Position numbers and translations under genes: made by a program. A stretch of 50,301 nt of DNA. Source: an uncultured Candidatus Binatia bacterium. Its GTDB lineage: Bacteria > Desulfobacterota > Binatia > UBA9968 > JAJDTQ01. Positions 28,092 to 40,389 of the stretch are shown piece after piece. Under the pieces are notes generated by a model, which saw only the letters and a program-made list of their open reading frames with translations, was not told the origin of the DNA and made no database searches. Numbering within the stretch: the first letter of the stretch is position 1; each line of letters starts with the position of its first letter. Where the stretch lies: assembly GCA_965215605.1 (NCBI GenBank), contig CBDCDX010000001.1:1-50301 (forward strand), read 5' to 3'.

Positions 28092-29125
28092 TGCTTGCCT
28101 CCCATTGCCGGAAAGCCCGCCATGCCCTTGAGCGGCAAGAGCGGCACGATGTTCTTGGCCCCCTGGGCGTCCACGATGATCTTGTCGACCTTGGGGAGCA
28201 CGCGCTCGATGGACTCGAGGTGCATGCGCTCGCGCGTTACCTCGGGAGCCTTGCGGTACTCGGTCAGCACCGAGGTGAAGCGCGCGCCGTCGCCGGTGGC
28301 CCTCAACGTCCGCTCCTGCTTGTAGGCTTCCGCCGCCTGGAGGATTTCCTGGACTTCGCCCCTGGCCTTGGGGATCAAGTCCTCGCGGTAGCCGCGCGCT
28401 TGGTTGATGAGCTTCTCACGGTCCTCGCGCGCCCGCACCACTTCGTCGAAGGCGTCCTTGACCTGGCTTGGGGCCTCGACGGTCTGGAGCTTGACCTCGG
28501 TGATCTGAACGCCCGACTGGTAGGTGTCCATCAGCTCCTGCAGGAAAGCCTGGGTCTCGTTCTGCACCCGGTCGCGGCCTACCGTCAGGACCTCCTCGAT
28601 GGTGGTGTTGCCCACCCGGCTGCGCAGCGCCACCTCGGTGGCCGCCTGCAACGTGTTCACCGGATCCCGGAGCTTGAACAGGAACTTCTCCGGTTCCTTG
28701 ATCACGTACTGGACCGTGAGTTGGGCGCTGACGATGTTCTCGTCGCCGGTGAGCATCAACGACTCCGCAGGAATGAGGCGCACCAGGTTCGGTCGCACCG
28801 GGTTGCTGCGGAAGCCCACTTCAAGGCGGCGGATCTCCGCCACGTTGACCTTGCGCAGCTCCTCGATGGGCCACGGGATGTGGTAGTTCAGGCCGGCAGT
28901 GGCGATGCGCGTGACCTTGCCGAAGCGCGTCACCACGCCTTCCTCGCCGGGCTGTATGGTGTAGAAACCGCTGGCCAGCCAGATGAGGATGATGGCCCCG
29001 CCGATCAGGAGGGGTACCCCCGACTTCAGGAAACCGGGCAACTGCGGCAACCGGGAAAGCAGGTCCTCCCAGTCGGGGCCGCTCTGTCGCCGCCGGCCCC
29101 AGGGGCCCTCGGGTCCGCCTTGCAT
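28088..29125 (-). CDS. hflK: FtsH protease modulator HflK
   Basis: GVVTRFGK, GLNYHIPWPIE, MLTGDENIV, VKDAFDEV, EYRKAPEVTRERM; ATGA overlap with hflC. Confidence 0.96.
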   Translation of the reverse strand: MQGGPEGPWGRRRQSGPDWEDLLSRLPQLPGFLKSGVPLLIGGAIILIWLASGFYTIQPGEEGVVTRFGKVTRIATAGLNYHIPWPIEELRKVNVAEIRRLEVGFRSNPVRPNLVRLIPAESLMLTGDENIVSAQLTVQYVIKEPEKFLFKLRDPVNTLQAATEVALRSRVGNTTIEEVLTVGRDRVQNETQAFLQELMDTYQSGVQITEVKLQTVEAPSQVKDAFDEVVRAREDREKLINQARGYREDLIPKARGEVQEILQAAEAYKQERTLRATGDGARFTSVLTEYRKAPEVTRERMHLESIERVLPKVDKIIVDAQGAKNIVPLLPLKGMAGFPAMGGKQ

Positions 29126-29194
29126 GGATGACTCCTTTGTTCTCTTTGCTCTGATTCCCGCCGCAATGACGGAACATGGCCAAACTATAGGGGG

Positions 29195-29222
29195 ACTCTA
29201 CCATTGCCCACCGGGGTGTCAA
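29195..29222 (-). promoter_or_regulatory. Putative sigma70 promoter of hflKC (TTGACA-N16-TAGAGT, with TG extension)
   Basis: Plus strand ACTCTA 29195-29200 and TGTCAA 29217-29222. Confidence 0.55.
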
Positions 29223-29252
29223 GGAAGGTTCCGGATGGAACTACCCGAATGG

Positions 29253-30242
29253 TCACGCCGCCTGACCTCGCGGCGGCGTCTCGCGTGTGCGAGCCAGTTT
29301 CACCGTGAGCCAATACCATTGATCCGGATAGCGGCGCACGAGGTTTTCCAGCACGCCCATGATCTGGCGGGTGTTGGCGCCCACGTCGGCGTTCAGGTCC
29401 CCGGTTCGCTCCATTTTCAGCTCCGGTTCGATGACCAGTTGCAGCTTCCCGGAGTAGCTTCGCACCAAGTAGACGGGCAACACGGGCGCGCGCGTGCGCA
29501 GCGCGAGGCTCACGACGCCGCGGGCCGTTCTTACCGGCTGGCCGAACAGGGTGGATTCCAGCTCGCCGCGCTTGAGGTTGTCCCCCAGCATCAGGACGGT
29601 GCCGTTCCGGCGGAGCACGCCCAGGATCCGCTTGACTGCCTCACGGCGGGGCAGGGAGGGGATGAGTTGCGTGAAGAACGAGCGGCTGTGGTACCGCACC
29701 AGGCGCATCAGCCGCTCGTCGTCCAGGAAGCGCAGCAGGCCATGGGTCGGATGACCGATCACTCCCATGGCGGCGGTGAGAAGCACGAAGTTGCCTAGAT
29801 GGAAGCTCAACGCGATGGCGCCGCGCCCCTTGGCCAAGGCTGCCTCCAGGTGTTCCCGGCCCTGAACGTCGAGGACGGCGGCCAGCCGCTTGGGATGGCC
29901 CATCTGCAAGAGGCAGTCGAGAACGTTTTCCGCGATGCGCAGTTGCACGCCCCGGGCCAGACCGCGCTTGGCCGCCGGGGTGTAGGCGTCGCCGAAGGCC
30001 GCGTCCATCACGGACACGATGCGCTGGCGCGAGACCGCACACCTGGTCAAGCACCTGAGCACAGGGGCGAACAAACGCATGAACCAGTGTGGCGGCATCA
30101 CCCGCATGACCTGGACGAGCAAGCGCCACAGTCCCTCCCACACGCGGTAGAGCAGCCAACGGGCGGTCGAGACCTGGCTGCCGACCGGCTCCGCGACGGA
30201 TGGGCGCGCAGGCTGGAGGTCAGTTTTGGCCGATTGTGGCAA
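29253..30242 (-). CDS. Lipid A/lysophospholipid acyltransferase family (LpxL/HtrB-like)
   Basis: GREHLEAALAKGRGAI, HLGNF, LGD, FGQP, YPDQWYW; start uncertain. Confidence 0.85.
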   Translation of the reverse strand: MPQSAKTDLQPARPSVAEPVGSQVSTARWLLYRVWEGLWRLLVQVMRVMPPHWFMRLFAPVLRCLTRCAVSRQRIVSVMDAAFGDAYTPAAKRGLARGVQLRIAENVLDCLLQMGHPKRLAAVLDVQGREHLEAALAKGRGAIALSFHLGNFVLLTAAMGVIGHPTHGLLRFLDDERLMRLVRYHSRSFFTQLIPSLPRREAVKRILGVLRRNGTVLMLGDNLKRGELESTLFGQPVRTARGVVSLALRTRAPVLPVYLVRSYSGKLQLVIEPELKMERTGDLNADVGANTRQIMGVLENLVRRYPDQWYWLTVKLARTRETPPRGQAA

Positions 30243-30295
30243 GCCGTTCTCCGAAGGGCTGGAGGCGCGAGCCTGTGTTCAGCCAAGCGGCTCGG

Positions 30296-30826
30296 TCATG
30301 GAAAGAAGGCAAGCTTGACCAGCAGAGCCAGAACGGCTGGCCCGATGGTGAGCGTGGCGAGTTTTACGACAGCCAGGTCGTGTCTTACATCACTCTTGAA
30401 CTCCGCGAAGCCATCCTTCATCTCGGATTTGAACTCCGCGAAGCTCTCCTTCATCTCTGATTTGAACCCTGCCAGGTCCTCTTTCACTTCGGACTTGAAC
30501 TCTGCGAAGCCATCCTTCATCTCTGATTTGAACCCCGCGAAGCTCTCCGTCATCTCGGATTTGAACTCTGCCAAGTCCTCCTTCGTCTCGGACCTGAACT
30601 CCGCGAAGTCGGCTCTCATCCCGGATCTGAACTCCGCGGATTCACGGTTCGCCGCAGTTCTGAAGTCGTCGAAATCCTGCCGGTTTTCGACGCGCATTTC
30701 GTTGTGGTCGTCCTTGGTCACCATTTGGCTGGCGACGGGCACGGCTACCGCGGCTGCCCTCGCTTTTTCCTCGGAAGCTCCGGCTTCGATCAGCGCGTCG
30801 TAGATTTCGGTGGCGATCAGGCTCAT
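30296..30826 (-). CDS. Membrane-anchored coiled-coil protein (DUF1640/CCDC90/Bdr-like) with 11-aa repeats
   Basis: EIYDALIEAGASEEKARAAA head, xTKDD neck, hendecad stalk, C-terminal TM; RBS GGAGG before ATG 30826. Confidence 0.8.
   Translation of the reverse strand: MSLIATEIYDALIEAGASEEKARAAAVAVPVASQMVTKDDHNEMRVENRQDFDDFRTAANRESAEFRSGMRADFAEFRSETKEDLAEFKSEMTESFAGFKSEMKDGFAEFKSEVKEDLAGFKSEMKESFAEFKSEMKDGFAEFKSDVRHDLAVVKLATLTIGPAVLALLVKLAFFP
30377..30640 (-). repeat. 33-bp coding tandem repeat, 8 units (FAEFKSEMKxx)
   Basis: SAEFRSGMRAD FAEFRSETKED LAEFKSEMTES FAGFKSEMKDG FAEFKSEVKED LAGFKSEMKES FAEFKSEMKDG FAEFKSDVRHD. Confidence 0.92.
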
Positions 30827-31069
30827 GGCGTCCTCCCCGGGCCGGTTTTCCCGGCGAGGGGCTGATTTGGATACAGCACCAGGAAATGCCGGGAATGTCA
30901 AACAAAATCGAACTGAACGATCTCGTAAGGACACATCGGCCTCGTTTCGGGATTCTTTAGGGCAGCCATCGATCAGAGCTGCCCTGAGCCGGTTCAACCC
31001 GGCGATGGAAACAATGCCGCCGCAAGCGCGACGCGCCGGATCCGTTTTGAACCGCCCCGTTGCGCGCCG

Positions 31070-31099
31070 TTGACATGTCGCGCGGACGCATGGTAGCGT
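31070..31099 (+). promoter_or_regulatory. Putative sigma70 promoter (TTGACA-N18-TAGCGT)
   Basis: Perfect -35 and TG-extended -10 upstream of the TctC-like gene. Confidence 0.5.
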
Positions 31100-31170
31100 C
31101 GCGGACTTCCAGGTTCCCGTACGATAGGAGCAAGCAGGCTCTCATGTCCACGATTTGCAGGAGGTACACT

Positions 31171-32148
31171 ATGATACGCCGGTACGGTTTGGTGGTTTTG
31201 GCAGCGACCTTGCTGGTTTTGGCGGCCGCACAAGGCTCTCTGGCGGCCGATGCTGACAAATATCCGAACAAGACCATCACTTGGCTGATCAATGCGTCGC
31301 CGGGCGGTGGGTTCGACCTCCACAGCCGGGCGGTGGCCAAGGTGATGAGGAAGAAGCTCGGGGTCAATATCATCATCCGGAACGTGCCGGGGGCGGGGGG
31401 AATCATCTCGTGGAACCTGCTCGCCAAGGCCAAGCCGGACGGCTACACCATCGGCATTGTCAACCTGCCCGGCGCCATCGTCAGCCAGTTGTTCAAGGAG
31501 ACGCAATACAAGCTCAAGGAGTTCAGTTGGATAGGACGTATTTCCGCGGGCCAGTACGTCTGGGCGGCGGGAAAACAGTACAATCTCCGAACACTCCAGG
31601 ATTTTCAGAACGCCGAGGAAGTGCTGATCACCGAGTCGGGTTACGGCACCACCGGCTGGGTTACCGCCGCGCTGACGGCGTCGACCATGAAGTTCAAGCC
31701 CAAATTCATCATGGGCTACGGCGGGGCTCCGGCCTCGAACATGGCGATTGTCCGCGGCGAAGGGCATGCCCGTGGCCTGGGGCTGGACTCACCGGGTCAG
31801 ATGGCCTACGTCAACGACGGATCGCTCGTCCCCACTTGGGTCTATCTTGACGAGCGCGACCCACGGCACCCGGACGTTCCCACGGTGGGCGAGCTCGGAT
31901 TTCCTCAACTGAGTGTGTTGGCGGCCAGCCGTGTGGTGGCCGCGCCTCCGAAGACGCCGAAGGATCGCATGGCGGTCCTTATCAAGGCGTTCCGTGATGC
32001 CATTGAGGACCCCGAGACTCAGGCCGCGTTCAAGGGCATGAAAGCCAAGACGCTGCCCGTCTACGGCGACGACTGGCTGTCCGTGATGCAGACCCAGTTC
32101 GAACTGATCCAGGCCAACGCCGAAGTCTTCAAGAAGGCGCTCAAGTAG
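31171..32148 (+). CDS. Tripartite tricarboxylate transporter substrate-binding protein (TctC/Bug)
   Basis: YPNKTI, PGGGFD, NVPGAGG, AKPDGYTIG, PDVPTVGELG; RBS AGGAGG. Confidence 0.93.
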   Translation: MIRRYGLVVLAATLLVLAAAQGSLAADADKYPNKTITWLINASPGGGFDLHSRAVAKVMRKKLGVNIIIRNVPGAGGIISWNLLAKAKPDGYTIGIVNLPGAIVSQLFKETQYKLKEFSWIGRISAGQYVWAAGKQYNLRTLQDFQNAEEVLITESGYGTTGWVTAALTASTMKFKPKFIMGYGGAPASNMAIVRGEGHARGLGLDSPGQMAYVNDGSLVPTWVYLDERDPRHPDVPTVGELGFPQLSVLAASRVVAAPPKTPKDRMAVLIKAFRDAIEDPETQAAFKGMKAKTLPVYGDDWLSVMQTQFELIQANAEVFKKALK

Positions 32149-32199
32149 CGCGCCGTACCGGCTTCGCCATGCCGCGCGGACGTCGGGGCGCTTGAAACG

Positions 32200-32236
32200 A
32201 AAGGGGCGAGCCTGTTGGTCAGGCTCGCCCCTTTTC
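32200..32236. terminator. Intrinsic terminator
   Basis: AAAGGGGCGAGCCTG-TTGGT-CAGGCTCGCCCCTTTT. Confidence 0.88.
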
Positions 32237-32292
32237 TGCCTTGGCGCAAATGCTGCTAAGATTCCCGGCTCAAGTTTCTCAAGGAGGAGTTC

Positions 32293-32727
32293 ATGAAGAT
32301 CGAAGGCAGCTATCAATTCAACGCGCCGCGCGAGCGCATCTGGGAGATATTGCAGGACCCCAAGGTCATGGCTCAGTGCATGCCCGGCTGTGAGGGCATG
32401 GAGGAGACCGCCCCGGACGAGTACGAAGCCACGGTCAAGGTCGGCATCGCCGCGGTCAAGGGTACCTACAAGGCCAAGGTCGCCATCAAGGACCGGCAGG
32501 CTCCGAGCCATTACGTGTTGAGCGGCTCGGGCTCCGGCGGCCCGGGTTTCATGCAGGGGGACTTGGTCATCGACCTGGAGGAAAACGGCGACGCGGCGAC
32601 CACGCTCCGCTACAGCACCGACGCCAAGATCGGCGGCCTCATCGCCGGTGTGGGCCAGCGCATGCTCGGGGGCGTGGGCAAGATGATGGTGAACCAGTTC
32701 TTCAAGAAGATGGAGGGGTTTGTCTAG
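32293..32727 (+). CDS. coxG: CoxG/SRPBCC family protein
   Basis: APRERIWEILQDP, CMPGCE, VGIAAVKGTY, GGLIAGVGQRM. Confidence 0.88.
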   Translation: MKIEGSYQFNAPRERIWEILQDPKVMAQCMPGCEGMEETAPDEYEATVKVGIAAVKGTYKAKVAIKDRQAPSHYVLSGSGSGGPGFMQGDLVIDLEENGDAATTLRYSTDAKIGGLIAGVGQRMLGGVGKMMVNQFFKKMEGFV

Positions 32728-32750
32728 GAGCCTGCGCCGCAGGCTCCTGG
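32724..32750. repeat. Minimal palindrome made of two family B MITE ends
   Basis: CTAGGAGCCTGC-GCC-GCAGGCTCCTGG, starting on the coxG TAG stop. Confidence 0.7.
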
Positions 32751-32811
32751 GCTCTGGCCGGCGTTGCCGGGCGCCGGTGACGGTGAGCGCAAGCTCCTGG
32801 ACGACAGGCGC

Positions 32812-33666
32812 GTGTCAGTCAGCGTAATCATCCCCACCTGCAATCGCTGGCCGATGCTTCGGGATGCCGTAGACTCGGTGCTGGCGCAGACTGCCAGCGA
32901 TTACGAATTGATCGTCGTCGACGACGGCTCCACGGACGAGACCCCGCGCGCGCTGCGCGACTATGGCGCCCGGCTCACCGTGCTGACCCAGGATCGCGCG
33001 GGCGTGGCCGCGGCGCGGAACCTGGGAGCCTCCCGTGCTTCCGGCGCGCGCCTGGCGTTTCTGGACTCCGACGATCTCTGGCATCCGCGCAAGCTGCAAA
33101 CGCAAGGCGACTTCATGGACCGCAACCCGGAGGTCGCAATCTGCCAGACCGACGAGATCTGGATCCGCCGCGGCAAGCGCGTGAACCCCAGAGAGCGGCA
33201 CCGCAAGCCGTCAGGGGATATCTTCCGCGCCAGCCTCGAACTCTGCCTGGTGAGCCCGTCGGCGGTGATGATGCGTCGGGATCTCTTCGAGCGGGCAAGA
33301 GGCTTCGATGCGTCCTTTCCCGTGTGCGAGGACTACGACCTGTGGCTGCGCATCTCCCGGGACACGGAGGTGCCACTCATTCCCGAGGCGCTGGTCACCA
33401 AACGGGGCGGGCACGCGGACCAGCTATCCCGCTCCACCTGGGGGTTTGACCGCTATCGGGTCCAGGCCATCGCCAACCTCATCGAGGCCGGTCTCGACCC
33501 GGAGAAGGCCGGATGGGCCTTGGAGGCCATGGCCAAAAAGGTTACGATTCTGGCTCGAGGGTTCCGCAAGCGCGGCAACGAAGCCATGGCGCGAGAGTAC
33601 GAGGAGCGGCTGCGCCGGGCCACCCGCTTTGGAGTCCCGAACGCGTATCGGGCGTTTCAGGGGTAG
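32812..33666 (+). CDS. Glycosyltransferase family 2
   Basis: VSVIIPTCNR, IVVDDGSTD, AARNLG, AFLDSDD, EDYDLWLR; start uncertain (32764 or 32812). Confidence 0.93.
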   Translation: MSVSVIIPTCNRWPMLRDAVDSVLAQTASDYELIVVDDGSTDETPRALRDYGARLTVLTQDRAGVAAARNLGASRASGARLAFLDSDDLWHPRKLQTQGDFMDRNPEVAICQTDEIWIRRGKRVNPRERHRKPSGDIFRASLELCLVSPSAVMMRRDLFERARGFDASFPVCEDYDLWLRISRDTEVPLIPEALVTKRGGHADQLSRSTWGFDRYRVQAIANLIEAGLDPEKAGWALEAMAKKVTILARGFRKRGNEAMAREYEERLRRATRFGVPNAYRAFQG

Positions 33667-33791
33667 GGACGGGAAGTGACGGCGGGGCTGGGGGAATGAC
33701 GGAAGAGGCGTGACAGGAGAGGCGCCGGAGTGACGGAGGGCGGCGAAGGGCATTCTGGGTACGTCGTTGCTCGGAACCACCCGTGGATGAG

Positions 33792-34343
33792 ATGGGACGG
33801 TACGAAGAAATCACGGCCTACGGCCGGGAGCGCGGCATTCACGCCCAAGCCGTGGAGCGATGGCTGGCGCTCGGCGGGGAGGATCAGCGGGCGCTCCTGG
33901 AGCTCGCCCGCGGCCTTCGTCTCGGCGGCAACCACTTCAACGACTTCCTGGACTGGTGTGTGGAGATTTCGCTGCGGGACGTGTGCTCCGTCGCATCCGT
34001 CATCCACGGCAAGGAGTTGGCACCGACCCTGGCGGACAGCCGCATGAGCCGCAACGACAGGCTCAAGCACGCCAAGGAGGCCCTGCGGCGGCTCCGTTAT
34101 CCGCGTTTGACCCGGATCGAGGACGAGGTTCGCGGCCGGCTCCGCAGCCTGAAGCTAGATCCGCGCATCCGCATCACGGTGGCGCCGGGACTCGAAGGCG
34201 GACTCAAGGTGGAGTTGCAGGCTGGCGGCGTGGAAGCATTGGCCCGGCTGGCCCGGGAGGTGGAATCCCTGGCAGACGACGAAACCGCCCGGGAGGTGTT
34301 CGCGCTCATGGAGGGGAACGAGGGTGCAGGCGTATCGGCCTGA
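33792..34343 (+). CDS. Hypothetical all-helical protein, overlapping the SPL-like gene
   Basis: Host-like codon usage; LRRLRYPRL motif; 20-bp overlap with the next CDS. Confidence 0.7.
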   Translation: MGRYEEITAYGRERGIHAQAVERWLALGGEDQRALLELARGLRLGGNHFNDFLDWCVEISLRDVCSVASVIHGKELAPTLADSRMSRNDRLKHAKEALRRLRYPRLTRIEDEVRGRLRSLKLDPRIRITVAPGLEGGLKVELQAGGVEALARLAREVESLADDETAREVFALMEGNEGAGVSA

Positions 34344-35451
34344 AAGGGTCCTCGTGGAGAGCGGCTCCGAGGAATCGGTCATCTTCGACAACCTCCGGAG
34401 GGCGCTGCCGGACGTGCCGTTCATCACGGTGCCGGATCCGCAACGCCACTGGGCGAATCTCGACGGCGGCGACGATCCCATCACCCGGGGCAAGCGCGAC
34501 CTGCTGCTGGCGCGCCACAAGGGGAAGTTCCTCAAGGTATGCCCGGGTAGCGACGGTCAAGTCTGCTGCAACTACTTCATCATCAATTTCGCCAGCAACT
34601 GCCCCATGGACTGCAGCTACTGCTACCTGCAGGACTATCTCGCCGAGAACCCCGCCCTCAAGGTGTTCAGCAACGTCGACGACCTCGTGGCGGAAACACG
34701 GGACCTGCTGGCGAAGCACCGGGACTACTTCTTCCGCATCGGCACCGGCGAGATCACCGACAGCCTGGCGCTGGAGCCCCTCATCGGTTTCGCCGAGGCC
34801 ACGGTGCCGTTCTTCGCCGAGCAGCCCAACGTGCTGCTGGAGCTAAAGACCAAGAGCGACCACGTGGACGGCCTCCTGGGCCTCGACCCCAAGGAGCGGG
34901 TGGTGGTGTCGTGGTCCATGAACCCCCAAGCCGTCATCGACGCGGACGAGGGGCTCACCGCCTCGCTGGAAGAGCGTCTGGACGCCGCTTGGCGCTGCCA
35001 GCAGGCCGGCTACAAGCTGGGCTTCCATTTCGACCCCATGGTGGAGTACCCCGGCTGGGAGGAAGACTACCGCGACCTGCTGCACCAGATCTTCGTCCGC
35101 CTGGACCACCGGCGCATGGCCTGGACCAGCATGGGCGTCTTGCGCACCACCCCGTCACTGAAGCGCGTCATGCGCCAGCGCTTCCCCGCCACCCGCATCC
35201 TCTCCGGCGAGCAGGTCCCGTGCCCCGACGGCAAGATGCGCTACTTCCAGCCCCTCCGCGTCGCCATGTACCGCAAGATGCGCCAATGGATCCGCGAGGC
35301 CGCCCCGCTGGTGCCCATCTACCTCTGCATGGAGACGCGCGAGGTCTGGGACCAGGTCTTCGGCCACTTCCCGAGCTGCGGCAAGGAGTTGGGCAACGAA
35401 CTGGTGGGCGCCGAATCACGCGTCCGGAAGCCTGCGCCGCAAGTACCGTGA
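34324..35451 (+). CDS. Spore photoproduct lyase-like radical SAM protein
   Basis: CPMDCSYCYLQ (CxxxCxxC), GTGEITDSL, ELKTKS, SWSMNP, FHFDP, DGKMRY, YLCME. Confidence 0.9.
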   Translation: MQAYRPERVLVESGSEESVIFDNLRRALPDVPFITVPDPQRHWANLDGGDDPITRGKRDLLLARHKGKFLKVCPGSDGQVCCNYFIINFASNCPMDCSYCYLQDYLAENPALKVFSNVDDLVAETRDLLAKHRDYFFRIGTGEITDSLALEPLIGFAEATVPFFAEQPNVLLELKTKSDHVDGLLGLDPKERVVVSWSMNPQAVIDADEGLTASLEERLDAAWRCQQAGYKLGFHFDPMVEYPGWEEDYRDLLHQIFVRLDHRRMAWTSMGVLRTTPSLKRVMRQRFPATRILSGEQVPCPDGKMRYFQPLRVAMYRKMRQWIREAAPLVPIYLCMETREVWDQVFGHFPSCGKELGNELVGAESRVRKPAPQVP

Positions 35452-35512
35452 CCGGCCTGTAACCGTGACCGACCGCGACGGCGACCAATCGGTCGCCCTT
35501 ACCCGGACGGGT

Positions 35513-35548
35513 AGCCTGCCGGGTTTTTCGAATCGTAGCGAAAGGCAG
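35513..35548. mobile_element. Family B MITE end remnant
   Basis: AGCCTGCCGGGTTTTTCGAATCGTAGCGAAAGGCAG matches the reverse complement of the right end of 20945-21117. Confidence 0.7.
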
Positions 35549-35644
35549 TCAAGGGAAACAGGCAGAGGCCAGTTCCGGTATCAAGCTGGACATTCCACGT
35601 CCATTCGAGTCGCATCACTTTTCGAGTCACGCCACTTCCTAAAA

Positions 35645-35673
35645 TTGCAACTCGCCCCCGGAATCGCTATCCT
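35645..35673 (+). promoter_or_regulatory. Putative secA promoter (TTGCAA-N17-TATCCT), 6 nt before the ATG
   Basis: Spacing implies a TSS at or near the start codon. Confidence 0.5.
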
Positions 35674-35679
35674 GAAGGC

Positions 35680-39155
<3,476 letters not shown>

Positions 39156-39159
<4 letters not shown>

Positions 39160-40346
39160 AGGTTCCCACCGGCGTGCCCGGCTTCCGGTTCGCCGGAGTG
39201 GCATGCGGCATCAAGCAGAGCGGGCGCAACGACTTGGCGCTCATCGTCTCGGAGGGTCCGGCCGCCGCGGCCGCGGCGTTCACCCGGAACCGCATCAAGA
39301 GCCCGAGTATCACCGTGGGCGCGCAACACGTGCGCTCGGGGCAGCTTCAGGCGGTGGTGGTCAACAGCGGCAACGCCAATGCCTGCACCGGTCCGGGCGG
39401 GCTCCAGGACGCCGCTGCCATGTGCGCCGAGGCCGGGCGGCGGCTGGGCATCGACGCAGGCCGGGTGCTGCCATCGTCCACAGGCATCATCGGCGTGCGC
39501 CTGCCCATGGAAAGGATCGCCCGGGGCATCGCCGCCGCCGCCGCGGCGCTCTCGCCCAATACCCTTCAGGACGCCGCCCATGCGATCATGACCACGGACA
39601 ACGGCCCCAAGATCGCGGCGGCCACCTGCCGAGTGGGCGGCCGCACCGTCCACCTCGCCGGTATCGCCAAGGGCGCCGGCATGATCGCCCCCAACATGGC
39701 CACCATGCTGTGCTACGTGCTCACCGACGCCGCCATCGCCCCGGCCGCGCTGCGCCCCATGGTGCGCCGGGCCACGGACGCCACGTTCCACGCCATCACC
39801 GTGGACGGCGACACCAGCACCAACGATACGGTGCTGTGCCTGGCCAATGGCGTTGCCGGAAACCCTCGCATCACCCGTGGCGGCGAGGGCGAGGACGTGT
39901 TGGAGCGGGAGATGACGCGGGTGATGAAGGAACTGGCGCTCAAGATCGTGGCCGACGGCGAAGGCACCACGAAGCTGGTGGAGATCCGGGTGGACGGCGC
40001 CCGGACCGCGGGCGAGGCTCGCAAGGTGGCCTTCACCGTGGCCAACTCCAAGCTCGTCAAGACCGCCTTCTTCGGCCAGGACCCCAACATCGGCCGGTTC
40101 ATGATGGCCATCGGCAACGCCGGCGTGCCCGTGGTGGAGGAAACCATCGACGTGGCCCTGGGCAACGTCAAGGTGGTACGCCGCGGCCTCGCCGTCGGCA
40201 CCCGCGAGTCCGCCGCCGCCAAGGTCATGCAGCGCCCGTCCTTCACCGTGCGCATCAATCTCGGCATGGGCGACGCCCGCACGTCCGTGTGGACCTCCGA
40301 CCTGGGCCACGAGTACGTGCGCATCAATTCGGATTACCGCACCTGA
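39156..40346 (+). CDS. argJ: Bifunctional ornithine acetyltransferase/N-acetylglutamate synthase
   Basis: [47 protein letters not shown]; GTG overlaps the secA stop. Confidence 0.97.
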
Positions 40347-40389
40347 CACGGACTACCGTACGCCGACATTCAGTGAAGCCGGGGATCGA

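Noticed and set aside
30377-30640. 33-bp repeats as a CRISPR array
   Set aside because: Directly tandem with no unique spacers, vary at codon level within an ORF, and no cas genes
32241-32262. sigma54 promoter TTGGCGCAAATGCTGCT upstream of coxG
   Set aside because: GG-N10-GC spacing fits, but an overlapping extended -10 (TGcTAAGAT) explains the site equally well; cannot be resolved from sequence
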